A DNA stretch of 63,339 nt from Actinomycetota bacterium. GTDB lineage: Bacteria; Actinomycetota; Geothermincolia; Fen-727; Anoxymicrobiaceae. Made by a program: the position numbers and the translations under genes. Position 1 is the first letter of the stretch. Every line of letters begins with the position of its first letter. Positions 56,135 to 63,339 of this stretch are shown here, piece by piece. The notes under the pieces were generated by a model. That model was not told the DNA's origin. It did no database searches and was given only the letters and a program-made list of their open reading frames with translations. The DNA is taken from NCBI GenBank assembly GCA_020062425.1, contig JAGUWJ010000010.1, positions 1 through 63,339 on the forward strand. The letters are read 5' to 3'.

Positions 56135-58471
56135 ATGAAGCGAATCACCACAGCAACCGTCATGGCATTACTGGTCATCCTGGCTCTCCCGGTCGCGGCG
56201 TTCCCGGCATGGAACGGTGGGCACATTGTCGCCGGCTGTCCGTCGGCGGCCAGGACATGGTACTTCGCGGAGGGCACAACCCGCAGCGGCTTCAACGAGT
56301 GGGTCTGCCTGCTCAACCCGAACGAGGCAGCGACCACCGCCGACTTGAAGTACATGCTGGCGGACGGCCAGACCATCGATAAGTCTTACTCTCTTCAGGG
56401 GAACAGCCGGACGACGGTGGACGTGAACTCAGACGTCGGCGCCGGAAAAGACGTATCCATCAAGATCGACGCCGCAGCTCCCGTAGTGGCCGAGCGCCCG
56501 ATCTACTTCCGTTACAACGGCACGCTCACGGGCGGCCACACGGTTCTCGGGGCCTCTGCTCCGCGCACGGAGTGGTACTTCGCTGAAGGGTCGTGCCGTC
56601 CCGGGTTCGACACCTACGTCTGCATTCAGAACCCCTCAGTATCGGACGCGCGCGTGAAGGTGACTTACATGCTCGGGTCCGGCGGTGTCGAAACTAAGGA
56701 GCTCGAAGTGGGGAAGCGGTCGAGGTCCACCGTTGTATCAAAGGAACAGCTGGGCGAAGGAGACGATCCCGCCCACGACTTCTCGATCAAGGTCGAATCA
56801 CTGGACGGATCCCCCGTGGTTGCCGAGCGCCCCATGTACTTCGCCTACAAGGGTGCTTGGACCGGCGGCCACGACGTGATGGGCGCGGCGGCTCCCGCCA
56901 GGACCTTCTACTTCGCAGAAGGTTCGTGCCGCCCCGGCTTCGATCCGTACATCTGCATCCAGAACCCGGGGGCCGCACTTGCACGTGTCAAGGTAACGTA
57001 CATGCTCGGGACCGGCGAGACGCGCACCCAGTCGCTCACCGTGGGAAAGAGGTCGCGCGCTACGGTCGTTGTGAAACAGCTTCTCGGGGAGTACGACGAC
57101 CAGGCCCATGACTTCTCCGCGCGCGTCGAGACCACAAACGGCACTACGATTATCGCCGAACGCCCCATGTACTTCGCCTACAAGGGTGCCTGGACCGGCG
57201 GCCACGACGTTGTTGGCGCACCTGCCCCCGCCAGGACCTTCTACTTTGCGGAAGGGACGTGCCGCCCCGGCTTTGATCCGTACATCTGCATCCAGAACCC
57301 TGGGGCCTCGCCCGCGGAGGTCAACATCACCTACCTGCTGGGAGACGGGGGTAGCACCACCCGGTCGCTCGCCATCGCGGCCGCCTCCCGGCAGACCGTA
57401 GAGGTGAAGCAGGTGCTGGGCGAGGCCAACGACGACTCCCACGATTTCTCATTGAGGGTCGAAGCCCTGGAGGGCGGGAAGATAGTCGTAGAGCGGCCCA
57501 TGTACTTCGACTACTACAGCACCGCGCGCTGGAGCCTCACCGCCGTGGGTGACGTGAACCTCGGTGGAGACGTATCCCCCACGCTGGCGGCTCGAGGATG
57601 GGCCTGGCCCTGGTCGACCGTGGGCGACCTGCTGCGCTCCACGACACTCACCTTCGCGAACCTGGAGTGCACCATGTCTTACACGGGGTCTCCAGTCCCC
57701 GGCAAGACGTTCACCTTCCGGGGGGACCCCGCGGCGCTCGCGGCCATGAGGGATGATGGAGGTGTGGACGTGGTGTCGCAAGCGAACAACCACGCCCGCG
57801 ACTACGGTGCACAGTCACTGCTGGACAGCCTTTCCTACCTCGACGCGGCCGGGATAAAGCACTGTGGTGCGGGGGCGGACTACGCCTCGGCGTACAGGCC
57901 GGCGTATCTCGACGCCAACGGGCTCCGCGTCGCCTTCCTCGCCTACGACGAGATCGGTTACTCGAGCTGGTACGCGGACACCGGCTTCCCCGGCGTGTGT
58001 GACGCCACCAACACCGGCCAGCTGGCTCAGGACGTGCGAGCGGCGAGGGAGGCTGCGGACATGGTCGTGGTCTCGTTCCACTGGGGCACCGAGCGCAAGA
58101 CCACGCCCGACCCCATACAGACGTCGCTCGCCCGCCTCGCCATCGACAACGGGGCCGACCTGGTGCTGGGTCACCACCCGCACGTGGCGCAGGGTTTCGA
58201 GTTCTATAACGGCAAGCTCATCGCCAACTCGTTGGGGAACTTCGTGTTCAACCCCGGCAGCGAACAGGGACGCTATACCATCCTGACGAGGTTCGACATG
58301 GACTCGCGGGGATTCGTCGGCGCCTCCGTCCGCCCGGTCTATATCAGCAACTGTAGACCCCAGCTCATGGGGGGCGCGGAAGGGGACGCCTGGATATCGC
58401 AGGTGGCTGCGCTCACCAGGGCGCTGGGCATCGGCGCCCGGGTCGAGGACGGGGTCATGTACTTCCCCTGA
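56135..58471 (+). CDS. Secreted protein: four FAEG-type repeats fused to a CapA/PgsA-like metallophosphatase-fold domain
   Basis: Signal peptide; repeat heads WYFAEGTTRSGFNEW, WYFAEGSCRPGFDTY, FYFAEGSCRPGFDPY, FYFAEGTCRPGFDPY. C-terminal FANLEC...NNHARDYG...GHHPHV blocks are typical of CapA. Confidence 0.85.
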   Translation: MKRITTATVMALLVILALPVAAFPAWNGGHIVAGCPSAARTWYFAEGTTRSGFNEWVCLLNPNEAATTADLKYMLADGQTIDKSYSLQGNSRTTVDVNSDVGAGKDVSIKIDAAAPVVAERPIYFRYNGTLTGGHTVLGASAPRTEWYFAEGSCRPGFDTYVCIQNPSVSDARVKVTYMLGSGGVETKELEVGKRSRSTVVSKEQLGEGDDPAHDFSIKVESLDGSPVVAERPMYFAYKGAWTGGHDVMGAAAPARTFYFAEGSCRPGFDPYICIQNPGAALARVKVTYMLGTGETRTQSLTVGKRSRATVVVKQLLGEYDDQAHDFSARVETTNGTTIIAERPMYFAYKGAWTGGHDVVGAPAPARTFYFAEGTCRPGFDPYICIQNPGASPAEVNITYLLGDGGSTTRSLAIAAASRQTVEVKQVLGEANDDSHDFSLRVEALEGGKIVVERPMYFDYYSTARWSLTAVGDVNLGGDVSPTLAARGWAWPWSTVGDLLRSTTLTFANLECTMSYTGSPVPGKTFTFRGDPAALAAMRDDGGVDVVSQANNHARDYGAQSLLDSLSYLDAAGIKHCGAGADYASAYRPAYLDANGLRVAFLAYDEIGYSSWYADTGFPGVCDATNTGQLAQDVRAAREAADMVVVSFHWGTERKTTPDPIQTSLARLAIDNGADLVLGHHPHVAQGFEFYNGKLIANSLGNFVFNPGSEQGRYTILTRFDMDSRGFVGASVRPVYISNCRPQLMGGAEGDAWISQVAALTRALGIGARVEDGVMYFP
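56255..57518 (+). repeat. FAEG-type repeat array; units 2-4 are very similar at the nucleotide level
   Basis: Long near-identical stretches, for example 56823-56970 versus 57160-57305. Confidence 0.8.
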
Positions 58472-58498
58472 GCACCATCTGGAACGCCCCGGACCTCA

Positions 58499-59050
58499 CT
58501 ATTCGTCTTCGGCTCGGCACTCCTCGACGTCGAGAGGCTTGAGGGTCTTGCCGTACCTCTCGGGCAGGGTCTGATAGAGACGCGTGCCGTGCCAGGTGAA
58601 CTCCGCCATCCGCTCGTCCACGTCCTTCACCACACGGGCCGGCACGCCCATGACCAGCTTGCCGGGAGGGATCTCCATCCTGGGCGGAACGACCGAACCG
58701 GCCCCGATGACACTGTTGTCCCCCGCGTGCGTCCCGTCGTTCAGGATTGCTCCCATCCCCACCATCACGTGCTCGTCGAGCGTGCAGGCGTGGAGTATGG
58801 CCCCGTGCCCTACGTGTGAGTTGGGTCCGAGCACCATGCTCGAGTTGAGCGGCGCGTGAAGCACCGCGTTCTCCTGGACGTTGGAGCCCTCGCCGATGAA
58901 GATGGTGCCCCAGTCGGCGCGCAGCACCGCGCCCGCTCCGATGAAGCAGGTCCCCGCAATGCGGACATCACCTATCAGCACAGCGTCGGGGTGGATGAAA
59001 GTCGTACTGCCGACACTGGGCCTGCGGCCTTCGAACTCGTAGATAGGCAT
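58499..59050 (-). CDS. Gamma-carbonic-anhydrase-like / PaaY-like hexapeptide-repeat protein
   Basis: Left-handed beta-helix hexapeptide pattern; His residues at the gamma-CA positions (NVQENAVLH, HVGHGAILH). Confidence 0.8.
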   Translation of the reverse strand: MPIYEFEGRRPSVGSTTFIHPDAVLIGDVRIAGTCFIGAGAVLRADWGTIFIGEGSNVQENAVLHAPLNSSMVLGPNSHVGHGAILHACTLDEHVMVGMGAILNDGTHAGDNSVIGAGSVVPPRMEIPPGKLVMGVPARVVKDVDERMAEFTWHGTRLYQTLPERYGKTLKPLDVEECRAEDE

Positions 59051-59068
59051 CGCTTTCCCCCGGGTTCT

Positions 59069-60976
59069 CTAAAGGCCCAGCTTCCCGCGCTTGCTCTCGA
59101 TATGTGCGAGCATTCCTTCAGCGGCCTCCACGGCGTCGGTCTCCACGTGCAGCACGCCACCGGTCACCTCAGGGCACTTCTCGGTGAGAAGGCTCACCAG
59201 GTTGGGAGCGCCGGTCACGAAAGGCACCGGGTTCACGTAGGTGTAAAGGCCCAGCGCCAGGGCGAAGATAGCGTCGATGGTGGCCTTCTGCTCCATGTAC
59301 TCAGGCGCGCACGCGACCACAGGGAGGTCAGGTATCGGTACGTCGCCGAGCGCCGAGGAGATGGCCGCCAGCAGGTCGGCTATGCGTCCGGTGTCGGTGC
59401 AGGTGCCGTAGCTCAACACCGGCGGCACCCCGAGCTTCGCACAGACCGCCTGAAGGCCCTCGCCGGCAAGCTTCGAGGCTTCGGGCAGGCACAGTCCCGC
59501 CACCTGGAGCGCCGCGCTGCCGCACCCCATGGAGAGTATGAGCACGTCGCGCTTGATGAGCTCCTTCGCAACGGCGACAGTATGGGCATCCTGCCCGTTA
59601 TCGCGAAGCGAAGTGCACGAGACCAGGCCGGCCACGCCACGGATGGATCCTTCCTTGATCGCGTCCAGCAGCGGGTCGAGAGAGCCGCCCAGTGCCTCGA
59701 GGATGCTCTCGGTGGAGAACCCCACAACCGCCTCGCCCATGTCCAGCCCGGTCACCGGCTTCACGCCCGCTCGCCTCTCCTTGAAGTTGTCTATGGCCAT
59801 ATCCAGCAGTTCCGCGGCCTGTTCCTCGGCCTTGTCAGGCAGATAATCCAAGCGGTCCGTGACGCCCTCGAACGCCACCAGGTCGCTCACAGGTATGAGC
59901 TTGAACCTGTACTTCTCGGCGTACATGGGGTCGACGGGCATCGAGCAGTTCATGTCGCAGGCGAACAGGTCCACGCACCCGGAGGCCAGCACCGCCTCCT
60001 GCATTATCCAGTTGCCGGTGAACCCGTAGAACGCGTCGTCCATCGGCCATCGCTGTATCATCTCCTGCCCGGTCTCGATGTTGGCGATGACACGAAGGCC
60101 TTTGGCGCCCGCGGCCTGAGCCTTCTTCTGCCATTCCTTGTGGTGGGCCAGCTGCACCATGGCGAACCCCAGGAACGGCTCGTGCCCGTTAGGCAGCGCG
60201 TTGACGTACTCGGGGTCGAGCACGCCCAGGTTGACACGCATGCTGTGAGGCCTGGGTATGCCGAAGAGGATGTCCTGGCAGTACTCGTTCACTATCTGGC
60301 TCTGGTAAGCCATTGCGACGCCCATGCGCATCGCCTTGAGAGCGAGGCTCTGGTAGAAGCCGTCCACGTTTGTGAGGCAGGAGCTGGTGGCGCGCAGCAT
60401 CTCGCCGTAGATACCGCCCGGGAAGAGGTCCAGCTTGCGCCAGAGATCTTTTCGCTCCGTCGTCGCGAGCGCTTCGACTATCGCGCTCGGCTCGTCGGCC
60501 TTCCTGTTGAAGTCGGCCTCCGCGAAGTCACAGAGCCTGAGCGCGACCTCCCCGTCACCGCCCGAGGTGTCGATCCCGAGCCGCCCCGCGAAGTCGTGGA
60601 GCTTCCCCGGCTCCTTGATCACGAAGGGGGTATCACCCCGCGCCGTGGCCCGGAGCGTCTTCAGGGTCTGCTCGGTGTGGTAGTGGTATGTCGAAGCCCC
60701 CATGACGTTCCGAAGGAGCATCATCCTCATCGCCATGCCGTCCGCGGTGATGCCGCAGGAGCCTCGCTTGTCCTTCTCGGCGTCGCTCCGGCAGGGGCCG
60801 TTCGAGCACAGGTCGCAGCGCACGCCCCCCATGCAGTACGGGCAGCGCTTGTCGGGATCGCCGCCCATGCCCTGGGCCTCGAAGCGGTCCCAGAGGTTGC
60901 TCATGCCGTCGGGCCTGAGCCGCTCCTCGACCACCTTGCGGACTGACTCGTGGTATGAAACCCTCTCGCCTTCCAT
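59069..60976 (-). CDS. cooS: Anaerobic Ni,Fe carbon monoxide dehydrogenase catalytic subunit
   Basis: N-terminal CPYCMGGVRCDLCSNGPCR cluster-binding pattern, GSCG, and C-cluster Cys/His blocks; 635 aa. Confidence 0.9.
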   Translation of the reverse strand: MEGERVSYHESVRKVVEERLRPDGMSNLWDRFEAQGMGGDPDKRCPYCMGGVRCDLCSNGPCRSDAEKDKRGSCGITADGMAMRMMLLRNVMGASTYHYHTEQTLKTLRATARGDTPFVIKEPGKLHDFAGRLGIDTSGGDGEVALRLCDFAEADFNRKADEPSAIVEALATTERKDLWRKLDLFPGGIYGEMLRATSSCLTNVDGFYQSLALKAMRMGVAMAYQSQIVNEYCQDILFGIPRPHSMRVNLGVLDPEYVNALPNGHEPFLGFAMVQLAHHKEWQKKAQAAGAKGLRVIANIETGQEMIQRWPMDDAFYGFTGNWIMQEAVLASGCVDLFACDMNCSMPVDPMYAEKYRFKLIPVSDLVAFEGVTDRLDYLPDKAEEQAAELLDMAIDNFKERRAGVKPVTGLDMGEAVVGFSTESILEALGGSLDPLLDAIKEGSIRGVAGLVSCTSLRDNGQDAHTVAVAKELIKRDVLILSMGCGSAALQVAGLCLPEASKLAGEGLQAVCAKLGVPPVLSYGTCTDTGRIADLLAAISSALGDVPIPDLPVVACAPEYMEQKATIDAIFALALGLYTYVNPVPFVTGAPNLVSLLTEKCPEVTGGVLHVETDAVEAAEGMLAHIESKRGKLGL

Positions 60977-61027
60977 CTCGCCCTCCTGTCACGTGAATAA
61001 GAGTTTGTATCCAGACGAGACAAGGTT

Positions 61028-61831
61028 CTACATACTGGAGCATATTCCTATCAACGCGCCGGACATGCCGCGGACCATCTCTCTCAAACCGGCGAGGTCG
61101 CCGCCCGACCCTGCGACCTCCCTCACCAGGGCGCTTCCGACTATGACCCCGTCCGCGTACCGGCCCACCTCGGCACATTGTTCCGGCGTGCTGATCCCGA
61201 GTCCGACCGCCAGGGGCGCATCGGTGCGCTCCCTTACCCGCTCGAGGAAAGGCCCGAGTTCGGGCGAGACGCTCTTCCTCACACCTGTCGTCCCGAGGAG
61301 CGACACGCAGTAGATGAAGCCGGTGGCCATCGTGGATATAAGATCGATCCTCTCGAGGCTCGTGGTCACGGAGCAGAAAGGTACAGTAGCGAGCCGCGCG
61401 GCGTCGCTTGCCGCTTTCCACGGGCCCATCTCCTCGGCCGGAAGGTCCGGTATGACCACACCGTCGACGCCGCATAGAACGGCATCCGCGGCGAAGTTCT
61501 CGAGGCCGTACCTGAAGACGGGGTTGAAGTACGTCATGAGCAGGACGGGCTTTTTCGCCTGCTCACGGACGCCTGCCGCCAGCTCCAGCATGCCCGCTGG
61601 AGTGGCGCCGCGGGATAGCGCGTCACACGACGCGGACTGTATCACCGGCCCGTCCATGACCGGGTCCGAGAACGGGATGCCGATCTCGACCGCATCGGCG
61701 CCGGCATCGAGCATGGCGAGGATGACCTCGCGGCTCGAAGCCATGTCGGGGAAGCCACCGGTGGCGTACGCGATGAGAACGCCGCGCCGACCCCTGACGT
61801 TCTCGAACATCTCCATAAGCCTGTTGCTCAT
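61028..61831 (-). CDS. trpA: Tryptophan synthase alpha chain
   Basis: [16 protein letters not shown] and GFIY.VS..GTTG motifs. Confidence 0.9.
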   Translation of the reverse strand: MSNRLMEMFENVRGRRGVLIAYATGGFPDMASSREVILAMLDAGADAVEIGIPFSDPVMDGPVIQSASCDALSRGATPAGMLELAAGVREQAKKPVLLMTYFNPVFRYGLENFAADAVLCGVDGVVIPDLPAEEMGPWKAASDAARLATVPFCSVTTSLERIDLISTMATGFIYCVSLLGTTGVRKSVSPELGPFLERVRERTDAPLAVGLGISTPEQCAEVGRYADGVIVGSALVREVAGSGGDLAGLREMVRGMSGALIGICSSM

Positions 61832-63045
61832 CCGAACCGCTCCCTCAATGTATCGATGTCCTTGTCGCCTCGACCGGAGAGGCAGACGACTATCCTCTTG
61901 TCGGGTCCGAGCGTCTCGGCCGTCCGCCTGGCGTAGGCGACGGCGTGGGCGCTCTCGAGCGCGGGCAGGATGCCCTCGCCGCGCGTGAGGAACAGCGCCG
62001 CCTCGAGAGCCTCGTCATCTCCGACCAGCTCGTAGGTCGCGAGGCCGTTCTCTTTAAGGTACGCGTGCTCCGGGCCTACGCCGGGGTAATCCAGCCCCGC
62101 CGAGACCGAGTGCGTCTCGGCCACCTGGCCGTCTTCGTCCTGAAGGAGGTAGCTCATCGCTCCATGCAGGACGCCGACGTCCCCCAGGCACAGGCTGCCG
62201 CCGTGTTCCCCGGGAGAGCTGCCCACACCTCCCGCCTCGATACCCACCAGCGTCGGCCCTTTCCCGATGAACGGGGAGAAGATGCCGATGGAGTTGCTGC
62301 CGCCTCCGACGCACGCCACGACAATGTCGGGCAACCGCCCCTCGACTTCGTCGAACTGCTCGAGGGTCTCCACACCGATGACCGACTGGAATCGGCGCAC
62401 CATGGCCGGGAACGGGTGGGGGCCCACCACAGACCCCATGCAGTAATGAGTGGTCCGGACGTTCTCCACCCAGTCGCGCAAGGCAGCATTCACGGAGTCC
62501 TTCAGGGTCCGGCTGCCCGTGCCGACGGGGATGACCCGCGCCCCCAGGAGTTCCATCCTGAACACGTTCATGGCCTGGCGCTCTATGTCCACCTCTCCCA
62601 TGTAGACCTCGCACTCGAGGCCGAGCAGCGCGGCGGCGGTCGCGCAGGCCACACCGTGCTGGCCAGCGCCGGTTTCCGCAATGACACGCGATTTACCCAT
62701 GTGCGACGCGAGCAGGCACTGGCCGAGAGAGTTGTTGAGCTTGTGCGACCCGGTGTGGCAGAGGTCCTCCCTCTTCAGGTATATAGCGGCTCCGCCCGCT
62801 TCGCGCGACATGTTCCGGGCGTGATAGAGCGGGGTCGGGCGCCCGGCGAAGTCGCGCAGCAACCGCTCAAGCTCACGGCGGAAGACGGGGTCTTCGCATA
62901 CACCCTGAAGGGCGTAGTCCAGCTCCTCGAGGGCGGCCATCAGGGGTTCGGGAACGAAGCGCCCCCCGAAGCCGCCGTAGTAGCCGGGCCGCGTTGAAAG
63001 GGCCGGGTCCGCCGCCCGTTCGAAGTCGTCTTGTATCTCAGCCAT
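61828..63045 (-). CDS. trpB: Tryptophan synthase beta chain
   Basis: [16 protein letters not shown] (PLP Lys), GGGSN, and the [11 protein letters not shown] block. Confidence 0.95.
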   Translation of the reverse strand: MAEIQDDFERAADPALSTRPGYYGGFGGRFVPEPLMAALEELDYALQGVCEDPVFRRELERLLRDFAGRPTPLYHARNMSREAGGAAIYLKREDLCHTGSHKLNNSLGQCLLASHMGKSRVIAETGAGQHGVACATAAALLGLECEVYMGEVDIERQAMNVFRMELLGARVIPVGTGSRTLKDSVNAALRDWVENVRTTHYCMGSVVGPHPFPAMVRRFQSVIGVETLEQFDEVEGRLPDIVVACVGGGSNSIGIFSPFIGKGPTLVGIEAGGVGSSPGEHGGSLCLGDVGVLHGAMSYLLQDEDGQVAETHSVSAGLDYPGVGPEHAYLKENGLATYELVGDDEALEAALFLTRGEGILPALESAHAVAYARRTAETLGPDKRIVVCLSGRGDKDIDTLRERFG

Positions 63046-63339
63046 GGTTCACCTCGTAGTCGGCCTTCCTCGCGTTCTCGATGAAGCGGTACAGGAGGAC
63101 CGCGTCCTTTATTCCCGGTGCGCTCTCCACACCGCTCGAGACGTCTACCCCGTAAGGCCGTGCGGCCCTGACGGCATCGCCTACGTTTTCTGGTGTGAGT
63201 CCGCCTGCGACTATGACCCGTCTCCCACCCTCCAGGACTCGCGTCAGGCTCCAGTCGTAACCCGCCCGGCCGCCGCCTCCGGCCCCGTTGCCGCGGGGGC
63301 TGTCGAGAAGTACGGTGTCGCAGGGAAGCGCGCCCGCCC
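63038..63339 (-). CDS. trpF: Phosphoribosylanthranilate isomerase, C-terminal part (5' end outside the window)
   Basis: Hand translation: ...[23 protein letters not shown]...[38 protein letters not shown]...EVNHG*. The stop overlaps the trpB start. Confidence 0.8.
   Translation of the reverse strand, partial: AGALPCDTVLLDSPRGNGAGGGGRAGYDWSLTRVLEGGRRVIVAGGLTPENVGDAVRAARPYGVDVSSGVESAPGIKDAVLLYRFIENARKADYEVNHG

Noticed and set aside
56135-58471. Poly-gamma-glutamate capsule synthesis locus
   Set aside because: Only a CapA-like domain is present. PgsB (the ligase) and PgsC are absent from the window.
58856-60946. 696 aa ORF on the plus strand
   Set aside because: It is fully antisense to the well-supported cooS gene, and its Arg/Gly/His/Ala-rich composition is typical of shadow frames in GC-rich DNA. 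The same reasoning rejects these ORFs: 51010-52701, 35803-37557, 31958-33343, 26717-27934, 11088-12305, 10051-11142, 44488-45720, 61945-62997, 5955-6791, 6788-7624 and 49621-50631.
1-63339. CRISPR arrays, tRNA or rRNA genes, transposases, integrases or prophage genes
   Set aside because: Visual scanning of intergenic regions and the ORF track found no regularly spaced short repeats, no cloverleaf-like conserved tRNA segments and no recombinase-like ORFs. This was a by-eye scan, not a covariance-model search.

Overview
GC-rich bacterial window, densely coded and mostly on the minus strand, with standard code (TGA is used as a stop) and Gram-positive-style AGGAGG ribosome-binding sites; the gene content points to a strict anaerobe. 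No rRNA, tRNA, CRISPR array, transposase or integrase was recognised by eye. Main blocks: (1) 2.5-14.8 kb, a 12-gene minus-strand operon with two BcrA/BcrD-type ATPases, three BcrB/BcrC/HgdAB-family subunits (two of them a recent tandem duplicate), an acyl-CoA ligase, a tungsten-type aldehyde:ferredoxin oxidoreductase, an SCP2 protein, an acyl-CoA dehydrogenase, and CooC-like and MoaD-like proteins. It sits behind a near-consensus sigma-54 -24/-12 promoter and is divergent from an rpoN-like gene and a sigma-54 activator. (2) 25-31.8 kb, a beta-oxidation-like cluster (thiolase, ACAD, AMP-ligase, two DUF2148-like Cys proteins, two SCP2 proteins). (3) 31.9-40.6 kb and 49.6-58.5 kb, cell-envelope loci. 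I consider these the most novel signal. Four secreted proteins carry 2-5 copies of a ~105-125 aa repeat (WYFAEG...QNP...SR.T...ERPMYF) that I cannot assign to a named family. The repeat is fused to IPT/TIG domains, an NlpC/P60 peptidase, a CapA-like domain, or a large ~860 aa N-terminal region. (4) An orphan GrdB-like gene with an in-frame TGA in a UxxC motif followed by a hairpin. (5) A 20-22 bp exact repeat or palindrome family flanking a DUF2892-ABC transporter insert between two repeat-protein genes. (6) cooS, a hexapeptide protein and trpF-trpB-trpA at the right edge. All functional calls rest on motifs read in the supplied translations; no database search was run.
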